From Flavobacteriales bacterium (GTDB lineage: Bacteria > Bacteroidota > Bacteroidia > Flavobacteriales_F > PHOS-HE28), in the NCBI GenBank assembly GCA_016710685.1, contig JADJVC010000001.1, positions 200,948 through 264,947 of the forward strand: a stretch of 64,000 nt of DNA, read 5' to 3'. Shown here one piece after another: positions 1 through 9,166 of this stretch (the first letter of the stretch is position 1; every line of letters starts with the position of its first letter). The notes under the pieces were generated by a model that worked only from the letters and a program-made list of their open reading frames with translations, was not told the origin of the DNA and made no database searches. The position numbers and the translations under genes are program-made.

Positions 1-699
1 TTGCTCTTCAGGTCGTCCGGCACGTCGCCGCTTACGATGCGCTGCGCGATGCCTTCCGCAATAGCGGTTTTGCCCACGCCGGGTTCGCCGATCAGGATCG
101 GGTTGTTCTTGGTGCGGCGACTGAGAATCTGCAGCACGCGCCGGATCTCTTCATCGCGCCCGATCACGGGGTCGAGCTTGTTCTCTTTGGCGAGCTGGTT
201 CAAGTTCTTCGCGTACTTGTTCAGCGCGTTGTAGGTCTCTTCCTGGCTTTGGCTGGTGACCTTGCTACCCTTGCGCAGCTCCTTGATCGCGAGCACCAGG
301 TCCTTGTGGTTCACGCCGCCATCTTTCAGCAGTTGCGCCACGTTGTCGCTGCCTTCAACAAGGCCGATCAGCAGGTGCTCCACGCTCGCGAACTCGTCAC
401 CAAATTCTTTCAAGGACGACAGCGCCTTGTTCAACACCGTCGCACTTTGGCGGCTCAGAACCACGTCGCCGCCCTGTACTTTCGGGTAGCCGTTCACGAT
501 GCGGTCCAGCGCTGCGAGCAGCGTTGCCGTGTTTACATTCAGCTTCTTCAGCAGAAAAGGGGTGACGTCCTTGTCCACTTCCAAGAGACCCTTCAACAAG
601 TGGCCGGTCTCTATCTGTTGCTGGCCCAAGCCGGTGGTGATGGTCTGCGCCTGCTGGATGGCCTGCTGCGAGCGAATGGTGAATTTGTTCAAGTCCATG
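1..699 (-). CDS. clpB: ClpB chaperone (ATP-dependent Clp protease ATP-binding subunit), N-terminal part; continues beyond window start
   Basis: Minus-strand translation from ATG at 699 gives [18 protein letters not shown]... with two Clp_N repeats, followed by a Walker A motif [21 protein letters not shown]. The ORF is truncated at the window edge and so is not in the ORF track. Confidence 0.85.
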
Positions 700-897
700 T
701 TGTGTATTCAGTATTTCGTTGCTGAAGGAAACGTCCTTTCAGCATGCCACGGTTCCCCCAAGATCCGCACCAATTGGCTTTTGGTCACTTTACCGGAACA
801 AATGGCGGGAGAAATAGATCGCGGGGTGACGGGATGGCGGGGAATTGTTGAAAGCGTAGTTGCATTAATACGCAGATTGCCGAATTACATTGCCGAC

Positions 898-3800
898 ATG
901 AATGGCCAGTTGGTGCCGTGCTTTCATGCGCTACAATGCACGCGCCTGTTTCCGCTGAAGGGGCTGTTAACCTGTTTGTTTTTGAGTGCATCGGCAACGG
1001 CACTGAACGCCCAACATTGGCTCACGAAAGCTTCCAGCCCGCAAGCCGAACACATTGCGGACCTTGTGCTGGACCGGGCGGGCAACAGCTACGTGATCGG
1101 CGATTTCAGCCTAAGCGCGTCTTTTCTGCAAGGCCCCGACAACTTGGGAAGTGTGACCTCATCGGGCGGAAGGGATGTGCTGGTGGCGAAGCTCGCCCCG
1201 GACGGAACGTTGCTTTGGGCGAAGCGCGCGGGCGGTCCCGCTTTGGATGTCGGGCTGAAACTGGTGTTGGGCAATGCGGGCCTTGGCATCTCGGGGCTGT
1301 TCACAGGAACGGCGGACCTTTTCGGTGGTACGCATTCCGCGCAAGGCGGCAGCACGGATTTTTTTGTTGCGCTGCTGGACACCGCGAATGGCAACGCGCA
1401 GTGGGTGCGAACGGCGGGCGCACCGGGCTATACGGACACGCCCAGCGGCATCACCATGCGGCCCAATGGCGACTTGGTGGTGGCTGGAAAGTTCAAGGGT
1501 GATGCCGTCTTCGGAACGGACACGCTCCACAGCGCTTTTGACCCATGGACCAACACCTTGGGCTTCGACGTCTTCATCGCTTCATGGGCTGCCGACGGCA
1601 CCTACCAATGGGTGCGGCAGGGGAGCGGCCCGCACGACGATCAGGCCGTGGACCTTACCAGCGGCCCCGATGGCATGCTTTACATCACAGGGCAGTTCAG
1701 CGACACCATCACCTTCGACGTGCAACACCCCAACATTTCGCTGAACAGCATGTTCGTGGTGAAGTATGATGGGGACGGGCAAGAGCAATGGTTCCGCAAA
1801 TGCGGCGGCAGTACGTTCAACCAAGTAAGCGACATGCTGTTCTCCTCGGAAGGTGACCTGTTGATCACCGGCGATGTGGCCTACACGATGTACTGGGTGG
1901 ACAACATCGCCACGCCCATCCCGAACTTGGAACCGCACGCCTACTTCATCCTCCGTGTGGACACGGCGGGCATGCTGCTCAACGCCACCACCATGGGTTC
2001 GGCGAGCAACCTGCATGCGGCTTCCCTTGCCGAGCAGGCTGATTCCGTGGTAGTGTATGGTGAATTTGAATGCTCCTTTACCGGACTGCAGAACGCATAC
2101 AATGCCAACGGTCTCTTTATGGCAACTGGGCTGAAGGACCTCTTTATCGCGAAGCATGCAGCAATGGACTTCTCATTTGTGGAGGGACAGCAATTCGGTG
2201 GCAGCGGCGCAAAGCGGGCAGGGGCAATAGCGTGGGATATGAACGGGCTGCTCTTCACGGGATCGTTCGAGGATCAATTGTTTTTGCCGGGAAGCTTTCC
2301 CATGTGGGGCGATCCCGTTACCAGCTTTCCCTATTGCTCCTACATCGGCGTTAACGCGGGGCTGACCTATTGCGGTGACCCCAACTACGGCTACTTCGCA
2401 TGGGCAATAAGCTACGGGCTTTCGGACGGTTTTCTTTCGCGGGGGTATGAGGAATCGCGGCAGCCATACGACTGGTGGAACCGCCAGAACACGCCGCCTT
2501 GCGATCGGACGGACCGCGGAAGCGAAGTCTGCATATCCGAGCAGTATCAGGCCTGCACAGACACCGTTGAAGCTTGTGGTTTTGCCGTGCTCACGGTGCA
2601 TGCACCATTCCCGACGCAGAATGATTTTTGTGGTTTTCGCGGGCAAACGCCTACCGTGGGACCCTACGCTTACCAAGGTTGGGGCGGCCTTCCGCCCGGA
2701 TCCACGTTCAATGTGTATACAACGGGCTGGGTCGGGGTTACGATCAATACCACCAACTATTGCACTTCCTACAACGATTCCGTTTACGTGCTGATCCAAC
2801 CGGAACCCACGGCCATGGTGAGCGACAGCAGCGGCATTTTTACCGATGACCCGTTGCCAATTCAATATCAGGCCTGCGTGCCGATGGTGTTTTGGGCCAC
2901 TCAGTTCGCGCCCACCGATCAAGTCTTTTGGACGTTGGGCAGCGACACCACATGGAGCGACACCATGCACATGGCCAACTCCGGCTATTACCGGCTGCAC
3001 CTGCTTTCTGCCGCAGGCTGTGAAAATGTGTACGGCATGAATTTCACCTTGGTGCCGAATTCCGTTGTGCCGGACATTACCGGTGTAACGGTGCAATTCG
3101 CCCTTGGCGACACCATGGTGTATTGCGGCACTGGTTGTATTGGCGGCGCGCTGACACTCACTTGGTACGTGAATGGACTACAAACCTATTTGCCGTCCGG
3201 CATGAACTTGCAATACCAGTTCCAGCAGAGCTGTACGTCTTCGAACCCTTCGCCGCAGAGCACGCAGTACGTCAACGCTCCGCTCAATTGGACCGCGCCC
3301 AACACCGGGCCGGGCTGGTACACGGTGGGCGTGCAGTGTACACTCGACGCATTGCCGTGTGATACCAATACATTCAGTTTCAACTTTTTGGACAGCGTTT
3401 ATGTGCTGGCCGGCACGCCGCCGCAATTCACCACAAGCCCAGTGGTGAGGTGTGCCGGGGACACGGTGGTAGTAGCACTGCCATGCAGCAATTGCGACAG
3501 CGTTGCCTGGACCGGCCCCGGGATCGTGTGGACCTCCGCAACAGGGGATTCCTTGCTGGTGGATCAAGACGGTTACTATCAGTTCCAAGCGTTCAGCAGT
3601 GCATTCGGCAACGTATGCCAGTCCAGTTCCTACGTCACCGTGCTCGCCCCGCCGCCGCCGCCCATTTACATGCAACCGTACTATGGCGTGATCTGTCCGA
3701 ATGATTCCGTGCTGCTATACACGCCAACCCACGCCACGAATTACGAATGGACAGGGCCGGGGTTTACCGTACTGCCAGCCAACGATTCCATCTGGACCGA

Positions 3801-5319
3801 CGACCCCGGCGATTACTACCTCACCGTAACGCACTATCCCAATTGCACCAGCACTAACGGGCCTAACACGGTGCTCAATTTCAGTTCGCCGTTCATTGAA
3901 GCATTGCCCACGGGTACTATTTGCCTCAACGGCACGGTGGACCTGCAAGTGGCGACCGGGCCGGGAAGTTCGGTGCAATGGCAAGCGCCACTTATGGGCA
4001 CTGCGTTCGTACAAACGGTGAGTGCGGCAGGAACTTACCAATGCACGGTTACCAGCTGTGGCATCGATTGGCCACTGAATTACACCGTGCAGGCCAGCGC
4101 TGTTTCCGCTGAATTGGACACGACGGCCTACCTGCTCTGCAATGGCGGACCGGTTACACTCACTGGGCCTGCCGGTGCGAACATTTACCAGTGGTTGCCA
4201 TCGGGAGGCTTCGGTCAATCCATCACGTTGGATACACCCGGTGACGTGCAGCTCGTGGTGTTGGACGCATTCGGTTGCGCGGACACTTCCGCGGTGATAT
4301 CCGTGAACCCGTTCGCATTTCCCCAACCAGCAATGGCCATTGGCGACACGGTTTGCGCCGGTGCGTTGGCAACGGTGACGGCCACCGGTTCGGGCAATCT
4401 TTCTTGGTTTGCCGCTGCGGATACTTCCTCGTTGTTAGGCAATGGGAACAGTTGGGCCTTCACCGCAACGGCGAGCGATACGGTTTACCTGTTGCAGGTG
4501 GAAGCCGGTTGTACGGGCCAATTCATTCCGATAAATGTGGAGGTAGCTCCGGTCTCCCCGGCACCGAACATCACCGGTCCCGTTGCGTATTGCGTAGGTG
4601 ATACGGTGTTGTTGATCGCCGAAGCGGATGGCTTGCCCCTGGCATGGAATACACCAGCAGGAGCCGTGCAAGGCGCTGTGGTGGGTCCGATGCCTGCTCA
4701 ACTTTCAAATGCAGGGTCTTATACCTGTTGGGCTGTAATAACAGGATGTGGAAGTGACACGGCCAACGTAGTTGTGGGCGTTTCCGATGTCCCCGAAATG
4801 CCGGTGATCATCGGCGATACATTGCTTTGTGAAGGCGATTCGTTGCTCCTGGTCGCGGATGTATCAGGAGGAAATGTGCAATGGCAAACTCCTGCCGGAC
4901 AAGTGGACGGCACGAGCGTAATGCTCGGCAGCGTGCTGATAACGGACCAAGGCGAATACCAATGCACGGCCTTTGCGGGTGTATGCTCCAGTGCCACCGC
5001 CATGGTTCTGGTAGTGGTTGATCCCTGCACCACGGACACCACCGACCTCATCATTCCCAACATCTTCAGCCCGAACGGCGATGGTGTGAACGACGACTTT
5101 TACATCGGCGGGGACGGTATCCGGCATGTCGATCTTCAAGTGTACAACCGCTGGGGCCAGCTCATGGCGGAGGTGAGCGGAAGGGCTGCGCGTTGGGATG
5201 GCAGGGCCGCCGGTTCCGGCGTTTTGTGCAGCGAAGGCGTGTACTTCTGGGTTGCGCAAGCCGTGCGGAACACGGGAGAGGGGATCCCGCTTTCGGGTTA
5301 TGTGCAGTTGGTGCGGTGA
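898..5319 (+). CDS. Giant T9SS cargo / adhesin-like protein with N-terminal signal peptide, SBBP beta-propeller repeats, multiple Ig-like domains and a gliding-motility-associated C-terminal domain (CHU_C, T9SS type B CTD)
   Basis: Long ORF 499..5319. The in-frame ATG at 898 precedes the hydrophobic signal LLTCLFLSASATALNAQ; an earlier start would overlap clpB. C-terminus IPNIFSPNGDGVNDDFYI...YNRWGQLM matches the CHU_C/type B CTD consensus. Confidence 0.75.
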   Translation: MNGQLVPCFHALQCTRLFPLKGLLTCLFLSASATALNAQHWLTKASSPQAEHIADLVLDRAGNSYVIGDFSLSASFLQGPDNLGSVTSSGGRDVLVAKLAPDGTLLWAKRAGGPALDVGLKLVLGNAGLGISGLFTGTADLFGGTHSAQGGSTDFFVALLDTANGNAQWVRTAGAPGYTDTPSGITMRPNGDLVVAGKFKGDAVFGTDTLHSAFDPWTNTLGFDVFIASWAADGTYQWVRQGSGPHDDQAVDLTSGPDGMLYITGQFSDTITFDVQHPNISLNSMFVVKYDGDGQEQWFRKCGGSTFNQVSDMLFSSEGDLLITGDVAYTMYWVDNIATPIPNLEPHAYFILRVDTAGMLLNATTMGSASNLHAASLAEQADSVVVYGEFECSFTGLQNAYNANGLFMATGLKDLFIAKHAAMDFSFVEGQQFGGSGAKRAGAIAWDMNGLLFTGSFEDQLFLPGSFPMWGDPVTSFPYCSYIGVNAGLTYCGDPNYGYFAWAISYGLSDGFLSRGYEESRQPYDWWNRQNTPPCDRTDRGSEVCISEQYQACTDTVEACGFAVLTVHAPFPTQNDFCGFRGQTPTVGPYAYQGWGGLPPGSTFNVYTTGWVGVTINTTNYCTSYNDSVYVLIQPEPTAMVSDSSGIFTDDPLPIQYQACVPMVFWATQFAPTDQVFWTLGSDTTWSDTMHMANSGYYRLHLLSAAGCENVYGMNFTLVPNSVVPDITGVTVQFALGDTMVYCGTGCIGGALTLTWYVNGLQTYLPSGMNLQYQFQQSCTSSNPSPQSTQYVNAPLNWTAPNTGPGWYTVGVQCTLDALPCDTNTFSFNFLDSVYVLAGTPPQFTTSPVVRCAGDTVVVALPCSNCDSVAWTGPGIVWTSATGDSLLVDQDGYYQFQAFSSAFGNVCQSSSYVTVLAPPPPPIYMQPYYGVICPNDSVLLYTPTHATNYEWTGPGFTVLPANDSIWTDDPGDYYLTVTHYPNCTSTNGPNTVLNFSSPFIEALPTGTICLNGTVDLQVATGPGSSVQWQAPLMGTAFVQTVSAAGTYQCTVTSCGIDWPLNYTVQASAVSAELDTTAYLLCNGGPVTLTGPAGANIYQWLPSGGFGQSITLDTPGDVQLVVLDAFGCADTSAVISVNPFAFPQPAMAIGDTVCAGALATVTATGSGNLSWFAAADTSSLLGNGNSWAFTATASDTVYLLQVEAGCTGQFIPINVEVAPVSPAPNITGPVAYCVGDTVLLIAEADGLPLAWNTPAGAVQGAVVGPMPAQLSNAGSYTCWAVITGCGSDTANVVVGVSDVPEMPVIIGDTLLCEGDSLLLVADVSGGNVQWQTPAGQVDGTSVMLGSVLITDQGEYQCTAFAGVCSSATAMVLVVVDPCTTDTTDLIIPNIFSPNGDGVNDDFYIGGDGIRHVDLQVYNRWGQLMAEVSGRAARWDGRAAGSGVLCSEGVYFWVAQAVRNTGEGIPLSGYVQLVR

Positions 5320-5443
5320 AGACGGCGTGGGTGAAGGGATGTGGAAGTGGTCTGACTTTATCTCAACCTGCGAGGCCTTTCCAACGGACCGCACCCCAAC
5401 CCTTAGTTTTGAAACCGCCCGTAGCAGCGGGCAAGAGGAGCAC

Positions 5444-7174
5444 ATGACCATACGCGCAGCACCCGCAATTGAACGAGCAGCACTGGCCTTTATGGCCGTT
5501 GGCTTGCTCGCGGGAGCTTTGCTTTTGCCGCTTCGAGCTTTTCCGGCGGAAAAGGAAAACGCGAACACCACTGGCGAAGCCCGCCTCGCGCAGGCCAAAG
5601 CCCTTTTGCCCAGCGATCCGGATTCCGCATTGGTGCTCGCGTTACAGGCCGGGAAGCAGCTGGGGGAGTTTCCCTCCAAATGGCAAAAGGCCAGTGCGTT
5701 AATGGTTTTGGGCGATGCATACGCGGCAACGGGGGAAATGCCGGATGCCTTGGCCGCCTACCAGCGGGCGCAATTGGTGATGGAGGAGGTGCCGGAGGAT
5801 CAAGTTGCCGACACCTCGGTGATCCTTGCCCGCGCGGACCTTCAACTGAAAATTGGCACCTTGTATTTTACCCTGCGCGATTTTGAGAAGAGCGTTGCGC
5901 GGTTGACCGATGGCTTGAGCATGCTCGATGCGGCGCGCGACGTGTTGACCCTGGAGCAATTGAACAGTAGAAAGGTCCGGGCATTCAACAACATTGCCGG
6001 CGGCTATATCCAGCAGAAGGAATACGCGTTAGCGCTGCCTTATTTCCAACAGGCCGTGGCGATGAACCGGGCGTTGAACAATCCGCGTTATGAGAGCGCA
6101 CTGAACAACAACATCGGTATTTGCTACATGGAGACGGGCCAGCACGACCTGGCCGATCAGTATTTCCTGCGGGCACTTGCGGTGCGCAAGCAAACCGATG
6201 ACGTGCGCGGACAAGCACAAGTGCTGAACAGCATGGGCAAGAACCAGGCGCTCATGGGCCGGTTCAGCGCAGCACGCGTGCATTTCGAACAAGCGCTCGC
6301 GCTCGGCCGGTCGGCGGGCAGCTCCGCATCCATGGCCATCTCCTTGGAGTCGCTGGCCACCGCTTATGACACGCTGGGAGAGTACAAGGCCGCATTTGAT
6401 GCCTTCCGTGAGTACAAGGCGATCAACGATAGCCTTTACAGCTCCGAGGCGCGGACGAACATTGCCCGGCTGGAGGACCGGTTCCGCCGCGACAAGGAAA
6501 AGAAGGTTTTCGAGCTGGAAGCCCAGCGCAAGGATGCCGTGAACGCGCGCCAACGCATGTTGAACATCGCGCTCGCCGTGGCGATGTTCCTGCTGTTGCT
6601 TACCGCCTATCTGCTGTTCAAGGCCATGCGGTCCCGTGTGCGGACCAGCGCGCTTCAACAGGAAAAGCTCCGGCTGGAAAGTGAAAAACTCCGGTTGGAA
6701 AGCGAAAAACTGGAAACGGAAAAATCCGCGCTAACGGAAAGCTTGGCGTTCAAAGAGCGCGAGCTCACCGCCAATGCCTTGTTCCTGCTGAAGAAGAATG
6801 AACTTATCGAACACATCGTGGAACGGCTCCTCAAGGCCAAGTCCACCTTCCGGCAGGAGAACCAAAAGATCGTGCAGGACATCATCCACGAGTTGCAAGC
6901 GAGCCGGGATGAACACAATTGGGATGAGTTCGAAGCGCATTTCACGCGGGTCCACACCACCTTTTACCAAACCTTGCAGGAGCAGTTCCCTTCGCTTACG
7001 CCCAACGAGCGGAAGCTGTGCGCTTTCCTCCGGCTGAACATGAGCACCAAGGACATTTCGGCCATCACGCACCAGAGCCTGAACAGCATTACCGTGGCCC
7101 GGTCGCGCTTGCGGAAAAAGCTGCAGATCGATGGCGAGGATGTGCATTTGATCGACTTTTTGCAGTCCATTTGA
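5444..7174 (+). CDS. TPR-repeat / coiled-coil / single-TM / LuxR-type HTH transcriptional regulator (Bacteroidota family)
   Basis: TPR-like repeats; TM segment IALAVAMFLLLLTAYLLF; coiled coil LRLESEKLRLESEKLETEK; C-terminal GerE/LuxR HTH (ERKLCAFLRLNMSTKDISAITHQSLNSITVARSRLRKKL). Start chosen at MTIRAAP, downstream of the adhesin stop. Confidence 0.8.
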   Translation: MTIRAAPAIERAALAFMAVGLLAGALLLPLRAFPAEKENANTTGEARLAQAKALLPSDPDSALVLALQAGKQLGEFPSKWQKASALMVLGDAYAATGEMPDALAAYQRAQLVMEEVPEDQVADTSVILARADLQLKIGTLYFTLRDFEKSVARLTDGLSMLDAARDVLTLEQLNSRKVRAFNNIAGGYIQQKEYALALPYFQQAVAMNRALNNPRYESALNNNIGICYMETGQHDLADQYFLRALAVRKQTDDVRGQAQVLNSMGKNQALMGRFSAARVHFEQALALGRSAGSSASMAISLESLATAYDTLGEYKAAFDAFREYKAINDSLYSSEARTNIARLEDRFRRDKEKKVFELEAQRKDAVNARQRMLNIALAVAMFLLLLTAYLLFKAMRSRVRTSALQQEKLRLESEKLRLESEKLETEKSALTESLAFKERELTANALFLLKKNELIEHIVERLLKAKSTFRQENQKIVQDIIHELQASRDEHNWDEFEAHFTRVHTTFYQTLQEQFPSLTPNERKLCAFLRLNMSTKDISAITHQSLNSITVARSRLRKKLQIDGEDVHLIDFLQSI

Positions 7175-7313
7175 CCTTTTCGGGACGTGTTCAGTAAGTT
7201 ACTGTATGTCAGTAGGATACGGCGGCCTGTATGCTTGTTGTAAGGCCATTTTTCACGATTGTACCGGTGGTGTAAGCCGTTCCCGTGGGACTGTGCCGAT
7301 GATGTAAGGGTGT

Positions 7314-7544
7314 ATGTGGTATCAATGGGGATTTTCGGTTGCACATTGCGGCCATCCAACAAATCCCGTTTTGGAAACCACGAAAAAAGATGCCCTTCCG
7401 CCAGACGAACTTGAACGCCTGGAACAGTTCCATCAGGAGATGAAGGACGAGACGGAAGCTTGGCAGAAGCTGCTGGAGAACTTGGACAAATTGAAAAGCA
7501 AACGGACCGAAAACCATCAACCCCCAAAACCGACGAAACAATGA
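7314..7544 (+). CDS. Small hypothetical coiled-coil ORF, possibly translationally coupled to the downstream T9SS gene (stop TGA overlaps its ATG as ATGA)
   Basis: 76-aa ORF with a charged helical segment (ELERLEQFHQEMKDETEAWQKLLENLDKLK). The ATGA overlap with the gene starting at 7541 is the only support. Confidence 0.25.
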   Translation: MWYQWGFSVAHCGHPTNPVLETTKKDALPPDELERLEQFHQEMKDETEAWQKLLENLDKLKSKRTENHQPPKPTKQ

Positions 7545-9139
7545 AAACACGATACTCCCTTTTCGCAGGCCTTTGCCTGATGCTGGGCGCCGCCCCGGTG
7601 GTTCAGGCCCAACCCGGCTCGCTTGATCCAACATTCAACACCACGGGTTACCAGATACAGCCCGTCAATACCGGGGACGGGGCCCAGAAAATCCTGGTGC
7701 AAGACGACCAGAAAGTGCTGCTCATCGGCTTCAGTTTCGATGCTAACTATGTTGCACACACCATTGTGAAGCGGTTCTTGCCAGATGGCTCGGTCGATGC
7801 TGCTTTCGGCGATAACGGCACGGCGTCCTATGTAGTTTCTTTCGAGGCAGACACGTATTCGGCCATTCTGACCCCGGCAGGAAAAATTCTTTTGGCCGGG
7901 ACAACGGATGACTATCAGAGCCAGCAAATCCTTTTGATCCAGCTCAACGAAGATGGTTCCAAGGACCTCGCATTTGGTGATCAGGGCGTAGTGGTGCAAA
8001 GCATTGGCCTGGTTACCGAAAATGGCCATGACAATGCCTACGACGTAGCGCTGGACGCTGCCGGAAACATTGTTATCTGCGGAAGCAGCTATGATGAAAA
8101 TTTTGTGCCCCGCCCGATCGTATCGCGGTTCTCGCCAGCGGGCGTGCTCGATACCACGTTTGGTGTGGATGGCGTAGCTACCATCCCGGTGAATGCCGTG
8201 GGAAGCAACGCATTTAAAGGCGTGGTGATCCAGCCAGATGGCAAAATTGTCGCGTCGGGCTATTTTGGGAACACGGAGTTGTGGTACGTTATGCTCGTGG
8301 TGCGTTTCAATACGGATGGCACGCTGGATCCCTCTTTCGGCGATGCTGGCATCGTGAAGTACAACTACAGCAATGTAGACGATGAAGGGGAAGACTTGAA
8401 GTTGACCCCGGACGGCTCCATTTTGGTGTGTGGCATCTCCGCTACGGCAAGCTACAACTACAGCGCGTTGTTGGTTAAATTCAATCCTGCAGGTGCGCTT
8501 GACCTCAGCTTCGGTAGTGAAGGCGTTGTTTTTGAGGACTTGGGCACGTTCGATTTTGCATCGAACCTGGCAGTGATGCCCGACGGAGGTATTGTAATGA
8601 CCGGAACTTCTGGGTCAGCTCCGCCAAGCATTAACTTCGGCATAGCTGCGTGGAAGTACACGGCAAGCGGCACGCCGGATATGACCTTCGGGACAGGCGG
8701 GGTTTCATTGCCCGTTATACCAACGTACGGCGCCATGATCTATGCCATGGGAGTGCAGGCCGATGGGAAAATTCTCGTTGGTGGCCAAGCCCGCACAAGC
8801 AGCAATCAAAATTACTTCCTGCTGGCGCGGTTGGAAAACGATTTCTCCATCGGGGTTCCTGAGTTGAGCGGTACCACCGCAGCGGTGGTGTTCCCAAACC
8901 CGGCAACGGCTAACTCCACATTAAGCCTGCAGATCTCGGAAACGGTTCAACCGGATGCCCAGATCAGCCTGTACGCGGCAGACGGCCGGTTGGTTTTCAC
9001 CTCCCAAGCCGGCGGAATGCAGCGTGATGCACAACGCATCATTTTCCAGCTTCCCGTCGATCTTGCACCCGGCATCTACCAGCTCGCCATACAACAGCAG
9101 GGTACACGCCGATCCGCAAGTCTGCTGGTCACTCACTAA
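7541..9139 (+). CDS. T9SS cargo protein with delta-60-type beta-propeller repeats and Por_Secre_tail (type A) CTD
   Basis: Signal peptide MKTRYSLFAGLCLMLGAAPVVQAQ; repeated LDPTFN/DAAFGDNG/DLAFGDQG/DTTFGVDG/DPSFGDAG/DLSFGSEG/DMTFGTGG motifs; C-terminal AAVVFPNPATANSTLSLQ...LLVTH CTD. Confidence 0.8.
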   Translation: MKTRYSLFAGLCLMLGAAPVVQAQPGSLDPTFNTTGYQIQPVNTGDGAQKILVQDDQKVLLIGFSFDANYVAHTIVKRFLPDGSVDAAFGDNGTASYVVSFEADTYSAILTPAGKILLAGTTDDYQSQQILLIQLNEDGSKDLAFGDQGVVVQSIGLVTENGHDNAYDVALDAAGNIVICGSSYDENFVPRPIVSRFSPAGVLDTTFGVDGVATIPVNAVGSNAFKGVVIQPDGKIVASGYFGNTELWYVMLVVRFNTDGTLDPSFGDAGIVKYNYSNVDDEGEDLKLTPDGSILVCGISATASYNYSALLVKFNPAGALDLSFGSEGVVFEDLGTFDFASNLAVMPDGGIVMTGTSGSAPPSINFGIAAWKYTASGTPDMTFGTGGVSLPVIPTYGAMIYAMGVQADGKILVGGQARTSSNQNYFLLARLENDFSIGVPELSGTTAAVVFPNPATANSTLSLQISETVQPDAQISLYAADGRLVFTSQAGGMQRDAQRIIFQLPVDLAPGIYQLAIQQQGTRRSASLLVTH

Positions 9140-9166
9140 TTCTTGGACATTGAAAAACAGAAAACC

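Noticed and set aside
700-897. Imperfect hairpin GCTGAAGGAAACGTCCTTTCAGC upstream of clpB as a CIRCE-like heat-shock operator
   Set aside because: It does not match the CIRCE consensus (TTAGCACTC-N9-GAGTGCTAA); only a generic 8-bp stem. It may still be regulatory.
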